From positions 20,968 to 84,967 of the forward strand of contig JAZQOW010000054.1 in NCBI GenBank assembly GCA_045628065.1: a stretch of DNA of 64,000 bases, given 5' to 3'. The stretch is from Faecousia sp. (lineage in GTDB: Bacteria > Bacillota > Clostridia > Oscillospirales > Oscillospiraceae). Positions 41,309-50,857 of the stretch are shown here, piece by piece. The notes below the pieces were generated by a model. The model was given only the letters and a program-made list of their open reading frames with translations, was not told the DNA's origin and ran no database searches. Numbering within the stretch: the stretch's first letter is position 1; every line of letters begins with the position of its first letter. Made by a program: the position numbers and the translations under genes.

Positions 41309-41333
41309 TAATGTGAAGAAGGGAGGGAGAATC

Positions 41334-42338
41334 ATGAAAAAAGAGCGCATCTATGGCTTTGACAACATCAAATGCTTCCTGATCCTTCTCGTTGTGCTGG
41401 GACATATTCTGGAAATCAGTGCGGATTTTACCGGACGCGTGCTGCTTCTGCGGCTCATTTATTCCTTCCATATGCCGGCTTTCCTGTTTATTTCCGGATA
41501 TTTTTCTGAAAATGCGCCGAAAAAGACAGTCTGCCGGCTGGGCTGTACCTATTGCCTGTTCCAGCTGCTGTATTTTCTGTTTGCGAGGTATGTGCTCAAG
41601 GCGGATATGAGCTTCACCCTCATTTCCACGCCCTATTGGATTTTGTGGTATCTGTTCGTGATGATCGCTTACAGCCTGCTGGTACCGCTGTTTGCGGTGA
41701 AGCGCCTCTGGATGGCGGGAATTCTGCTGCTTTGCAGCATTGCGATTTCTCTGCTCTCGGGCTATGATCCCCATCTGGGCTATCCTCTGAGCGCCGCCCG
41801 TTTTTTCAACTTTTTCCCTTATTTTCTTCTGGGCTTTTACTGCAAGAGCTTCCGCTCTGCGCTTCCGGCTTTCCGGAAGCGGGTGCTTGCGGGCATTCTC
41901 AGCGGTCTTGCCCTTGCTGTGGCGGTTTGGTATCTGTACAGGCATCCCGGCATCACGGTGCAGATGATGTACGGCGCCTACCCCTATGAAAAGCTCGGCT
42001 ATGGTGCGAATATCAGAGCGGTTCTCATGCTCATTGCGCTTTCGTGGATTGCCTTCCTCCTGCTTGCGGTATTTCCGCTTTTAAATCGCAGAATACCCGT
42101 CCTTTCCGCTTATGGCAAAAATACGCTCCCGATTTTTCTGCTCCATGGATTTCTTGTGCGCCTTATGGGCAAAATGGAGCTTCCGATCCCTTCCCTGTGG
42201 GCAGCGCTGCTGCTTGCCGTGCTCGTTGTTCTGCTCCTTGGCAGCCCCGGCACGGCGTGGGTGTTCCGCTACGGCTTCACGGGCTGCCGGATGGAGCATC
42301 TGATTTCTCAAAATTATTCGGAAGATAACGGGGAATAA
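41334..42338 (+). CDS. acyltransferase family 3 membrane protein (OatA/Acyl_transf_3-like)
   Basis: ATG 41334 (MKKERIYGFDNIKCFLILLVVLGHIL) follows GGGAGGGAGA. 10-TM profile. Confidence 0.85.
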   Translation: MKKERIYGFDNIKCFLILLVVLGHILEISADFTGRVLLLRLIYSFHMPAFLFISGYFSENAPKKTVCRLGCTYCLFQLLYFLFARYVLKADMSFTLISTPYWILWYLFVMIAYSLLVPLFAVKRLWMAGILLLCSIAISLLSGYDPHLGYPLSAARFFNFFPYFLLGFYCKSFRSALPAFRKRVLAGILSGLALAVAVWYLYRHPGITVQMMYGAYPYEKLGYGANIRAVLMLIALSWIAFLLLAVFPLLNRRIPVLSAYGKNTLPIFLLHGFLVRLMGKMELPIPSLWAALLLAVLVVLLLGSPGTAWVFRYGFTGCRMEHLISQNYSEDNGE

Positions 42339-42435
42339 GTGTTTCTGGCCTCTTTTTGTAAATCCTTCCGGCGGAATCTGATACGTTTTGGAAGTGGTGA
42401 TATCAGGAGAACGTGATTTTTGTCTATTTTCTCTC

Positions 42436-42464
42436 TTGCATTCGATATATAATTCTGCTAGAAT
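42436..42464 (+). promoter_or_regulatory. sigma70-like promoter upstream of the coiled-coil genes and pilus island
   Basis: TTGCAT, 17-nt spacer, TAGAAT. The leader of about 105 nt contains the hairpin CCTTGCC..GGCAAGG (42527-42550). Confidence 0.5.
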
Positions 42465-42574
42465 ATACGTTGTATTAGAGTATAAAATTGCTCGTTCTAT
42501 ATCCATAATTTTCATGTTTGTGACATCCTTGCCCCATTCGGCCGGCAAGGCCATGTCTCGTTTTGAGGTGCAAC

Positions 42575-43192
42575 ATGACAGATAAGAAGCTGAGAAAGCT
42601 CAGACGTGCCGCACTTATCGAGCTGCTGATTGAGCAGCTGGAGGAGAATGAACGTCTGACCGGGGAAATCGACCGGCTGCATAAGCAACTCCAGGATCGG
42701 GAGATTGCCATAGAGAATGCAGGCTCCATTGCCGAGGCCGCACTGGTGCTCAACGATGTTTTTCTGGCTGCTGAAAATGCTGCAACACAATATGTGGACA
42801 ATCTGGCCCGGCTCAATTCCCGCTGTGATGAGATTTTAGCCAATGCCCAGCAGGAGGCCGCAAGAATCATCCGGGAGGCGCAGGAGCAGGTTCAGCTGCC
42901 GCCCCCGCAGGAATCCGCCCAGACGCCGGAGCCCATCCCCGAGCAGCCGCCTGAGCTGCCGCCCGAGCAGCCACCCGAGGAGGCAATCGTCAAGGAGGCC
43001 ATTCCCGATCCCGATTTGCTGCATGACCTGCCGCCTGAGCTTCTGGCTGATCTTCCGCCTGAGCTTCAGACGAATCACGAACCGCCGCTGCAATTACCGG
43101 AGGATCTGGAGATCCTTCAGTCCAACGCCAGAGAATCCATGGAGCATCGCTTCGACGAAGTGTTCGCCCAGATGCGCCGGCGCAATAAATAA
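42575..43192 (+). CDS. coiled-coil protein with Pro-rich PPEL repeats, function unknown
   Basis: ATG 42575 (MTDKKLRKLRRAALIELLIEQLEENERL) follows GAGG. C-terminal half is PEQPPELPPEQPPEE ... DLPPELLADLPPELQ. Confidence 0.75.
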   Translation: MTDKKLRKLRRAALIELLIEQLEENERLTGEIDRLHKQLQDREIAIENAGSIAEAALVLNDVFLAAENAATQYVDNLARLNSRCDEILANAQQEAARIIREAQEQVQLPPPQESAQTPEPIPEQPPELPPEQPPEEAIVKEAIPDPDLLHDLPPELLADLPPELQTNHEPPLQLPEDLEILQSNARESMEHRFDEVFAQMRRRNK

Positions 43193-43256
43193 CGCACCCT
43201 GATTTATTTGCATACAGTATTTTAGCCCGTCAGGAAATGAAGGAAACGGAGGAAAA

Positions 43257-44480
43257 ATGATGGACGTTACGAACGAACAGCGCGAGAACGATCTTAATCG
43301 AATTGCGAATTACATCAAGAAGCTGAAATTTAAAAAAGCGGTGATGGGCGGTATCGAGCAGGAGAGCGCCTATCAGGCCATGCGTGAGCTGGTATCCATT
43401 TTCACGGAAATCTACACGGCAGAAACCGAGCGCTCCGACCAGCTGGCGGTTCAGCTCCAGCAGGCGCTTGATGAGCAGGCAACTGCCGAAAAGCGTATCG
43501 TTCTTCTCAAGGATCAGGCAAGCCAGAAGGCAGAAAAGATCAGAGACGAAGTGAATGAGCAGTACCGCAAGCTGGAAGATGAGAATAAAGCCCTCAAAAA
43601 GCAGCTGAAAGACGAGTCCGCCACCCGTTCCGGCGAGGCGGAAACCCTCAAAAAGGAAAACAGCAAGCTTTCCGCCCAGGTCGAGAAGCTCACCGCTGAG
43701 AAGAACGCTCTTGCTGCCGAGCTGAAGGAGCTGAAGGAACACATCAAGGAGAGCAAGTTCCAGCATGAGACGCTGGAGGAAATCTATCTTGATGCCAACC
43801 GCCGCAGAAAGCAGATCATTGAAGAGGCTGCTGCCGAGGCTGCACGCATTAAGCAGGAAGCCGAGAGCATCAACTCTCAGGCAAAGCAGATCCTTGAGGA
43901 TGATCTCAAAGCCCAGCGCACCGCGTTTGATGCCGATATGAGCAGCCAGCGCGCCGCATTTGAGACGGAAATCACTGAGCGCCGCGCGGCCTTTGAAGCC
44001 GAGCAGCAGAAGGCAGAGGAAGAGCAGCAGGCAGCCTCCGCAAAGTTTAACCGCGACCTCGCCCAGTCCAAGGCGCAGATCGCTGCTTCCGAGCAGGCAG
44101 CCCAGGAGCGCTGCGATACGCTTCTCAAGGAAGCGCAGGAGAAGGCGCTCGTGATTGTCACGGATGCCGAGACCGAAAGCGATGAAATCATTTCCAGAGC
44201 CAATGCCGAGGCAGAGCAGCGCAGGGCCGAAACGGACCAGCTGGTTGCTTCCGCACAGGCAAAATATAAAGCCGAGCGTGCCCGCTATGACGGCATGATC
44301 CGCCGTCTGGGTGAGATGCGCACCGAAGTACTGCGCGGCATCCAGAAGGATATCAACGAGATGCAGTCTCTCGCCTTCCAGCTTTCCGGCACCGGAATTG
44401 AGGAGCAGACGGAAAACATGACCGGCATGGACGCGCTGAACGATCTGCAGCAATCCGCAGAGGAAACCGAAAACAACTGA
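43257..44480 (+). CDS. DivIVA-like coiled-coil protein
   Basis: 407 aa. N-terminal LKFKKAVMGGIEQESAYQAMRELV resembles the DivIVA lipid-binding head. The rest is a long Ala/Glu/Gln/Lys coiled coil. GGAGG RBS. Confidence 0.7.
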   Translation: MMDVTNEQRENDLNRIANYIKKLKFKKAVMGGIEQESAYQAMRELVSIFTEIYTAETERSDQLAVQLQQALDEQATAEKRIVLLKDQASQKAEKIRDEVNEQYRKLEDENKALKKQLKDESATRSGEAETLKKENSKLSAQVEKLTAEKNALAAELKELKEHIKESKFQHETLEEIYLDANRRRKQIIEEAAAEAARIKQEAESINSQAKQILEDDLKAQRTAFDADMSSQRAAFETEITERRAAFEAEQQKAEEEQQAASAKFNRDLAQSKAQIAASEQAAQERCDTLLKEAQEKALVIVTDAETESDEIISRANAEAEQRRAETDQLVASAQAKYKAERARYDGMIRRLGEMRTEVLRGIQKDINEMQSLAFQLSGTGIEEQTENMTGMDALNDLQQSAEETENN

Positions 44481-44497
44481 CAGGAGATCACGGATGC

Positions 44498-45286
44498 ATG
44501 GATGCACGGCAGTTAGACAGCTTACTGAATTCTAAAATAAACCGTTCACGCAGCGCAAAGCGCTTTTCCCGCGTGGCGGTAGCTGTGCTGGGTGTGCTGG
44601 CGGCTGTCGGGATCGGGGCAGGTATTTATCAGCTTGCCACCCGGGAGCCTCCCAAAACGCCGGACGCGTCCATCACAGCCGAGCCCGATGCGGCAACGCT
44701 GTCCTCCGACCCGGTACAGGCAGAGCCTACGCCTGCCCCGGAGCCTGATCAAACGGATGATTCCACCGTCCGGGAGGATACCGGAACAAATACCGCGCCA
44801 TTATCGCCGGAGAGCGAAGCGGAGGAGCTGCTGCCCAACAGCGCGCAGGAGGATGGGCTGAATACCCATAGCCTGCAAATGGTCTGGTTTGACGAGCCGC
44901 TGAGCGCCCTGCCTGAGGAGCTGACGATTTCGGTCTCTTATCAGGAGGAACCCGTAACAGAATTTACCATCACCCCGGCCGATGGCTGGCAGTATACCTG
45001 GAAAGACGCCTATAGCGCAGATGAGCTTGTGCTGGAGGGGGATTTCCCGCAGGATATTTTCGCTGTTTTTTCGGTCAGCGGCCAGAACTTCACCGTGACC
45101 GGCATTTATTCCGACCCGCTTGAAGCGGAAGCTGCAGAAGCCTCCGACGGACAAGCAGGCCAGATGCCGCAGAAACGGGAGCTGCCCCGCACAGGCGTGA
45201 TTTGGCCTGTTGGGCTGTTTTTTGCCGGCTTTGCGCTTGTTTCCGCAGGCGCGAGCCAAAAAAGGGCACAAAGCAGCAGGGAGTAA
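44498..45286 (+). CDS. LPRTG-anchored Cna-B-like surface protein
   Basis: 262 aa. N-terminal signal anchor (RVAVAVLGVLAAVGIGAGIY), a Pro/Glu-rich spacer, a Cna-B-like segment (ITPADGWQYTWKDAY), then LPRTG, a TM segment and a basic tail. Confidence 0.8.
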   Translation: MDARQLDSLLNSKINRSRSAKRFSRVAVAVLGVLAAVGIGAGIYQLATREPPKTPDASITAEPDAATLSSDPVQAEPTPAPEPDQTDDSTVREDTGTNTAPLSPESEAEELLPNSAQEDGLNTHSLQMVWFDEPLSALPEELTISVSYQEEPVTEFTITPADGWQYTWKDAYSADELVLEGDFPQDIFAVFSVSGQNFTVTGIYSDPLEAEAAEASDGQAGQMPQKRELPRTGVIWPVGLFFAGFALVSAGASQKRAQSSRE

Positions 45287-45289
45287 TTC

Positions 45290-45883
45290 ATGGATAAGCA
45301 TATTTCCTCTGAAGCACCTACACTATCCCAGCTGAAAAATGAGCTGGAGCGTGAGCGCAGCAAATCGCGCTACCGCAGCTTGCTTTGGAGTACCTTTTTC
45401 GCATTAGTCATCGTCGCGGCCTTTTCCATTCTGGCCGCAATGCTTTGGTTCCCCGTGCTTGAGATATACGGAGAATCCATGACGCCGACACTGTCCGAGG
45501 GCGAGGTTGTTGTCTCGGTCAAGACGCATGGAATGCATCGCGGGGAGCTGGTTGCCTTTTATCTGGGCAATAAGATTTTGGTGAAGCGCTGCATCGCACT
45601 TCCGGGGGATACCGTCATCATAGATGAGGACGGTTTCGTGTCCGTCAATGGCACCCAATTGGACGAACCCTATGTCTCCGAGCGGGCGTTAGGGGAGTGC
45701 GACCTGGAGTTTCCATATATTGTTCCGCAGGAGCGGTATTTTTTGCTTGGCGACCACAGAGAAACTTCCATCGACAGCCGCAGCAGTGTTGTCGGCTGTA
45801 TCAGTAAGGAGGATCTTGTGGGAAGGGTCTTTCTGCGGCTATGGCCGCTGAATCAGCTGAGCAGGATAGGGGGGAGTGAATGA
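45290..45883 (+). CDS. signal peptidase I (S26), pilus-locus associated
   Basis: 197 aa. YGESMTPTL (Ser box), VKRCIALPGD (Lys box), LGDHRETSIDSR (box E). Confidence 0.88.
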   Translation: MDKHISSEAPTLSQLKNELERERSKSRYRSLLWSTFFALVIVAAFSILAAMLWFPVLEIYGESMTPTLSEGEVVVSVKTHGMHRGELVAFYLGNKILVKRCIALPGDTVIIDEDGFVSVNGTQLDEPYVSERALGECDLEFPYIVPQERYFLLGDHRETSIDSRSSVVGCISKEDLVGRVFLRLWPLNQLSRIGGSE

Positions 45884-48393
45884 CACCGGAGAAATCAAAT
45901 CTTTTCGTTCAATTGCTCCAAATTCAAAGGCGCAGAACAAACTGGATCCGAATCGTCTGCATTCTTGCTGCGGTCGTCATCTTTGGCGTAACCAATGCAC
46001 TGATGATGCACGCTGAGACAATGGAAGACGGTTATGTCTGCGGTATGGAAGAGCATCTCCACTCGGAAGAATGCTACGAAGTGCAGGATGATCAGACAGT
46101 GCTGGTTTGCGGCATGAATGAGCACACCCATGATGAGAGCTGCTTCCTTTCTGCCGAGCCGGAGCCTGTGGTTAGCTACTACTGCGGCTTCGACTATGAG
46201 CACCAGCATAGCCCATCGTGCTATAAAGACGGCGTACTGATTTGCAGCCTGCATCAGCATGGGCATACCGCTGCCTGTCTCGATCCGTCCGCGCCGCCTC
46301 CTTCAGAGAGCTTTGAAGAGCAGACAGAGCTGAGCGAAAATGATGCTGCATCGACTGAGGTGCAGGAAGCTGAATCGGCGGATGATCCCACGCCGGTTCC
46401 GGCAGAATATGAGAATATTCGGGATCAGGAGGAAGCCAACATCTCCCTGTCCTTCCGCCTGAATGACAAAGAGTTGGATCCCAATCATTTCTACGATCAG
46501 GCATCCTACAGCCTGAGCATCACCCATGTCGAGCTGCCCAGCTACGACGGCACGATTTTCTACTGCACGCTGGATTCCCGCGGATATAACCTCTATGTCG
46601 GTGAGCGCCAGAGTATGATACCGATGCAGGAGCTGACGAAGGAGAACCCCGGCAGTACCGAATCGGTTTACTTCTGGGCAGATAAGAGTGCAGCCGGTTA
46701 TTATACCATCTACATTCTTCCCAAGCCCGGCACAGAAATCGTCTACAAGGTGCTCATCAGCGGCCTGACCATCAGCGAGCTGGAGCGCACCGCGCTTTCT
46801 GTCAATAAGGAATCCCGGTGGGCACCCGAGGAGCTGGCCTATCACTATGAGCTCACGGTGAATGTCCCGGCCTACGGCAATTTCCAGGATCAGGCCTTTA
46901 CGATTTCCGACCGCACCTCCATTGGCTCCGAGCTGAGCTATTCGCCCTTTGCCCCGGAGACCCGCGGAAAGGATTTCACCGCAACCATTCAGATCGGCAG
47001 CCGAAGCGCTGTTCCGCTGCGTCCCATCGAGGAGGTTTGGCAGGATCCCAACGCACAGGTTGCATATTATGAGAGTGAAGGCGTGCTGCATCTGATGAAC
47101 CGCACCGCGCACAGCAATGCCTGCCTTACCACGTCTCCTACCAATGCTTTCCCCGGCTGGTGCGCCTGCTGGGCACAGGAAGTGGATTCTGTGGTACGCA
47201 TTTCCTATGTTGATAACTACGCACAGCGGTATTATCAGCAGTATCCCAATAAGACCCTCTCGAACCGTGTCATTGCCAGAGATCAGAATTCCGGCGAAGT
47301 GAACGCAGAGGTACAGAATCCTGTTCCCGCGATTCTGAATAAGCAATTCAGCCCCATCACCAAGCAGTGCACCCTCACGGTGAATGAGAGCCTGCAGGAG
47401 CTCCATGGCGAGATCCAGATCATTGACTCTATGGATGGCGCCTACTTCGATGGCGGCCTGCGGGTCACAGCATCCAATGAGAATGAGACAAAGCAGCTGA
47501 TAGAAAATGTCGATTATCGGCTCCGGGAGACAGAGGACGGCTTCGTTCTCACCATTCTCAATGCCGGACGCTATACTTATCAGGTCCTATATCAGGTCGA
47601 AAAGATCAATGTCGGTGATGTCAATGTTACACCTGTCAACACCGTGCGCATCAACAACACCTTCCTCTACCAGAGCGTTGACCTGACCTTCGACTATAAG
47701 ATCGACAGCGACAGCTACGGCTGCGAAATCTCCATCATCAAGGCCTATGGCAGCGAATACGCCGACGACGGTTCGCATATCCGCTGCGCCAACCCCGAGG
47801 AGGGCGCGGAATTCGGCCTGTTCAACAGCAGCGGCGTTCTGCTTGCCACATCCAAAACCGCCAACGGTGTCCGCTACATTGTAAACGCTGCCGGCAGAGT
47901 TGTGAAAACCGGTCAGACGGAATATGTTCCGGGCGCGGAGAGAGATGTGATTTTCTTCAACACAGAAGCGGGCATCCGATCCGGCCGCCTGTTCTATGTG
48001 CAGGAGACTGCCGCTCCCTTTGGTTATCTGCCTGATGAAAACAAGTATTACTTCTTCGTCACCAGCTATCCGGAGGCTGAAACCATCGCCACGCCGATCA
48101 CCTCGGTCACAGACGGCGGTCAGAATTATGATGTGGAAGTATTCGATAATTGGCAGCTTGTGCCCAATGCGAATAACTCCAACGTCTACTATTATTTCAT
48201 GAAAGACAAATTCATGGCAGGTCTGGAAGAGAGAGAAATCTATAATGACCGTTATCATTATGTTCTCCCCGAGACCGGCGGTACGGGCGTCGTGCCGATC
48301 CTGCTGGCAGGACTCCTCCTGCTGCTGTGTCCCTGCCTGTATGTCGTTCATGCAAAGCGCCGTGCGCGGCGCAGTCCGTTCATTCAAACATAG
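45880..48393 (+). CDS. pilus tip adhesin-like LPXTG protein with N-terminal Cys/His repeats
   Basis: 837 aa. ATGA overlap with the peptidase gene. Four C-x4-H-x-H-x3-C-like repeats, a SpaA/Cna-B-type segment (GAEFGLFNSSG...LFYVQETAAPFGY), and LPETGGTG plus a TM segment plus KRRARR. Confidence 0.85.
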   Translation: MTPEKSNLFVQLLQIQRRRTNWIRIVCILAAVVIFGVTNALMMHAETMEDGYVCGMEEHLHSEECYEVQDDQTVLVCGMNEHTHDESCFLSAEPEPVVSYYCGFDYEHQHSPSCYKDGVLICSLHQHGHTAACLDPSAPPPSESFEEQTELSENDAASTEVQEAESADDPTPVPAEYENIRDQEEANISLSFRLNDKELDPNHFYDQASYSLSITHVELPSYDGTIFYCTLDSRGYNLYVGERQSMIPMQELTKENPGSTESVYFWADKSAAGYYTIYILPKPGTEIVYKVLISGLTISELERTALSVNKESRWAPEELAYHYELTVNVPAYGNFQDQAFTISDRTSIGSELSYSPFAPETRGKDFTATIQIGSRSAVPLRPIEEVWQDPNAQVAYYESEGVLHLMNRTAHSNACLTTSPTNAFPGWCACWAQEVDSVVRISYVDNYAQRYYQQYPNKTLSNRVIARDQNSGEVNAEVQNPVPAILNKQFSPITKQCTLTVNESLQELHGEIQIIDSMDGAYFDGGLRVTASNENETKQLIENVDYRLRETEDGFVLTILNAGRYTYQVLYQVEKINVGDVNVTPVNTVRINNTFLYQSVDLTFDYKIDSDSYGCEISIIKAYGSEYADDGSHIRCANPEEGAEFGLFNSSGVLLATSKTANGVRYIVNAAGRVVKTGQTEYVPGAERDVIFFNTEAGIRSGRLFYVQETAAPFGYLPDENKYYFFVTSYPEAETIATPITSVTDGGQNYDVEVFDNWQLVPNANNSNVYYYFMKDKFMAGLEEREIYNDRYHYVLPETGGTGVVPILLAGLLLLLCPCLYVVHAKRRARRSPFIQT

Positions 48394-48465
48394 CACATGG
48401 AATGCTATTGATTGATACAGTATCATTAAGAAAAATCGTGTTATATCGGAAGGAGAAAAAGTTTT

Positions 48466-49902
48466 ATGAAATCAATGAAAAAATATCTGGCAATGCTGCT
48501 TGCAGTTGCAATGCTGTTCGCATTCACCGTTTCTGTCAGCGCAGCCAACGCTGATCTCAGCGGCCACACCTATGCAAGCTATCAGATCTTTACCGGCACC
48601 CAGGCTGAAGGCAGTGCACAGCTTGCTTCCATTGAATGGGGCTCCGGCATCAACGCCGCTGCTTTCCTCAGCGCTCTGAAGAGCGGCTCCTTCGGCGGTG
48701 CATTCAATGCCTGCTCCACCGCAGCCGATGTTGCTGCCGTGATCAAGGACTGGTCCGACGATTCTGCTGAAGCCAAGGCTTTTGCTAAGCTGGCTTATAA
48801 CAACAAGAGCGCACAGTCCGGCGGCACCACCGGCCTTGCAGCCGGTTACTATCTGGTTGTTGACGTGACCAGCTTCGACAGCGATGATGTCAATACCGTA
48901 AAGAACCTGGCTCTGCTCCAGCTCACCAACAAGGGCGACTTCGAAATCCGCAACAAGGTTTCTGTCCCCGAGGTTGAAAAGAAGGTCAAGGACGTCAACG
49001 ATTCCAACGGCGACGCTTCCGATTGGCAGGATTCCGCTGACTACGACATCGGCGACAATGTTCCCTTCCTGCTCACCGCAAAGCTGGCTACCATCTCTGA
49101 CTATGATACCTATAAGGTCATCTTCCGCGATACCCTGTCCTCCGGCCTCAGCTACAACCGCGATGCCGTTGTCAAGATTGACGGCGTTGTGACCAATGCT
49201 TTCTCTGTCGCTCCCATCGGCAACCGCCTGACCATCACCTGCAATAACGTCAAGGCCGCCGGCGCCACCGACAATAGCGTGATCACCGTAGAGTACACTG
49301 CAAAGCTCAATCAGAATGCAGTCATCGGCGCACAGGGCAACCCCAACAGCGTCTATCTGGAATACTCCAATAACCCCAACGAGTCCGGCTCCGGCACTGG
49401 CAAGACCCCCGAAGACAAGGTCATCGTTTTCACCTACAAGGTTGTCGTGAACAAGGTCAACGAGGCAGAAGAAGCCCTGCTCGGCGCAAGCTTCGAGCTG
49501 CTGAAGAAGGCTGCTGACGGCCAGTATGTAACGCTTGGCGTGATCGATGGCACTGCTGCTTCCAAGTTCGAGTGGAAGGGCATTGACGACGGCGAATATC
49601 TGCTCCGCGAAACGGTTGCTCCTAAGGGCTACAACAAGATCGACGATGTGGAATTCATGGTCACTGCTACCCATGAAACCCTCTCTGAGAATCCCGCTCT
49701 GATCGCTCTGGAAGGCGGCGAGCTGTTCGCCGGTGACGTTGCTACCGGCACCCTGACCGCAACCGTCATCAACGAAGGCGGCATCGTATTCCCCGAAACC
49801 GGCGGACGCGGCACCACCCTCATTTACATCCTGGGCGCAATGATGCTCATCGGCGCCTCCGTAGTTCTGGTTGCCAGAAAGCGGATGAGCAACGTCCAGT
49901 AA
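48466..49902 (+). CDS. major (backbone) pilin, isopeptide-domain fimbrial protein
   Basis: 478 aa. Signal peptide ending VSA-AN. TYASYQIFTG N-terminal signature, E-box-like EYLLRETVAPKGY, and sorting signal FPETGGRG plus a TM segment plus RKR. Confidence 0.85.
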   Translation: MKSMKKYLAMLLAVAMLFAFTVSVSAANADLSGHTYASYQIFTGTQAEGSAQLASIEWGSGINAAAFLSALKSGSFGGAFNACSTAADVAAVIKDWSDDSAEAKAFAKLAYNNKSAQSGGTTGLAAGYYLVVDVTSFDSDDVNTVKNLALLQLTNKGDFEIRNKVSVPEVEKKVKDVNDSNGDASDWQDSADYDIGDNVPFLLTAKLATISDYDTYKVIFRDTLSSGLSYNRDAVVKIDGVVTNAFSVAPIGNRLTITCNNVKAAGATDNSVITVEYTAKLNQNAVIGAQGNPNSVYLEYSNNPNESGSGTGKTPEDKVIVFTYKVVVNKVNEAEEALLGASFELLKKAADGQYVTLGVIDGTAASKFEWKGIDDGEYLLRETVAPKGYNKIDDVEFMVTATHETLSENPALIALEGGELFAGDVATGTLTATVINEGGIVFPETGGRGTTLIYILGAMMLIGASVVLVARKRMSNVQ

Positions 49903-49956
49903 TCATCCCTTGCCTGCGCTGCAGGAAAAAGGGCAATGACATGCAATGAAAAACGA

Positions 49957-49986
49957 GAAGCGGCAGTGCAAACCCTCTGCCGCTTC
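49957..49986 (+). promoter_or_regulatory. intra-operon hairpin after the backbone pilin gene
   Basis: 10-bp stem GAAGCGGCAG / CTGCCGCTTC with a 10-nt loop. No U-tract. Confidence 0.4.
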
Positions 49987-50014
49987 CCGGTGCATTGCCC
50001 GGGGGAGATTTTAC

Positions 50015-50839
50015 ATGGCAAAAAGAAGATTGACAACCGCAGCGCTGATCCTGATTTTTCTTTTGGGGCTGGCACTGCTGCTGTATCCGAGCCTTTCCAA
50101 CTGGTATAATACCCGCTATGCTTCCCGCGTGATCAGCACCTATCAGGACAATGTCTCTGCGCTTGATGAGCAGAGCTATGCGCAGATTCTGCGCTCTGCC
50201 AAGGAGTATAACGATGCCTATCAGAGCTTCGGGGATTTTACCCTGAGCCCGGAGCAGGAAGCGGATTATCTGGCGCAGCTGGATATCTCCGGCACCGGGA
50301 TCATGGGCTATCTGGAAATTCCAAAGCTCAATGTATCGCTGCCGATTTATCACGGCTCCTCAGAGGGTGTTCTTCAGGTGGCCATCGGTCATCTGGAATG
50401 GAGCGATTTGCCTGTGGGCGGCTCCGGCACCCACTGTGTTCTGACTGGTCACCGCGGCTTGCCGAATGCCAGACTCTTTACCGATTTGCCGGATCTGGAT
50501 TTGGGCGATGTATTTTACATTCAGGTTCTGGATGAGGTTCTGACCTATGAGGTCGATCAGATTCTGACAGTTCTGCCCAATGAGGTAGAAGAAATCATGC
50601 CGGAGGAAGGTCAGGACTATTGCACCCTCCTGACCTGCACGCCTTACGGCATCAATACCCACCGCCTTCTGGTGCGCGGTCATCGCGTTGCCAATGAGGA
50701 GGAAGCCCGGACAATCACCGTAACTGCCGATGCGGTGCGCGTGGAATCGCTGGTGATTGCGCCGTTTATCGCGCTGCCGATTTTGCTGGTTCTGCTGCTG
50801 ATCGTCCTGTTTGACGGCAGACGACGCAAAAAAGAATAA
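50015..50839 (+). CDS. srtC: class C (pilin-polymerising) sortase
   Basis: ATG 50015 (MAKRRLTTAALILIFLL). HCVLTGHRG (His), TLLTCTPYGINTHR (Cys/Arg), C-terminal TM plus RRRKKE. Confidence 0.88.
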   Translation: MAKRRLTTAALILIFLLGLALLLYPSLSNWYNTRYASRVISTYQDNVSALDEQSYAQILRSAKEYNDAYQSFGDFTLSPEQEADYLAQLDISGTGIMGYLEIPKLNVSLPIYHGSSEGVLQVAIGHLEWSDLPVGGSGTHCVLTGHRGLPNARLFTDLPDLDLGDVFYIQVLDEVLTYEVDQILTVLPNEVEEIMPEEGQDYCTLLTCTPYGINTHRLLVRGHRVANEEEARTITVTADAVRVESLVIAPFIALPILLVLLLIVLFDGRRRKKE

Positions 50840-50857
50840 TAGCATGAGGGAATCTCA

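Noticed and set aside
42339-42574. Invertible promoter (inverton) upstream of the pilus transcription unit
   Set aside because: I looked for flanking inverted repeats around the TTGCAT-17-TAGAAT promoter and found only short direct repeats (ATACGTT). There is no recombinase gene nearby.
45290-45883. Catalytically dead SipA-type chaperone
   Set aside because: The Ser, Lys and box E motifs of active S26 peptidases are all present, so I call it an active signal peptidase.
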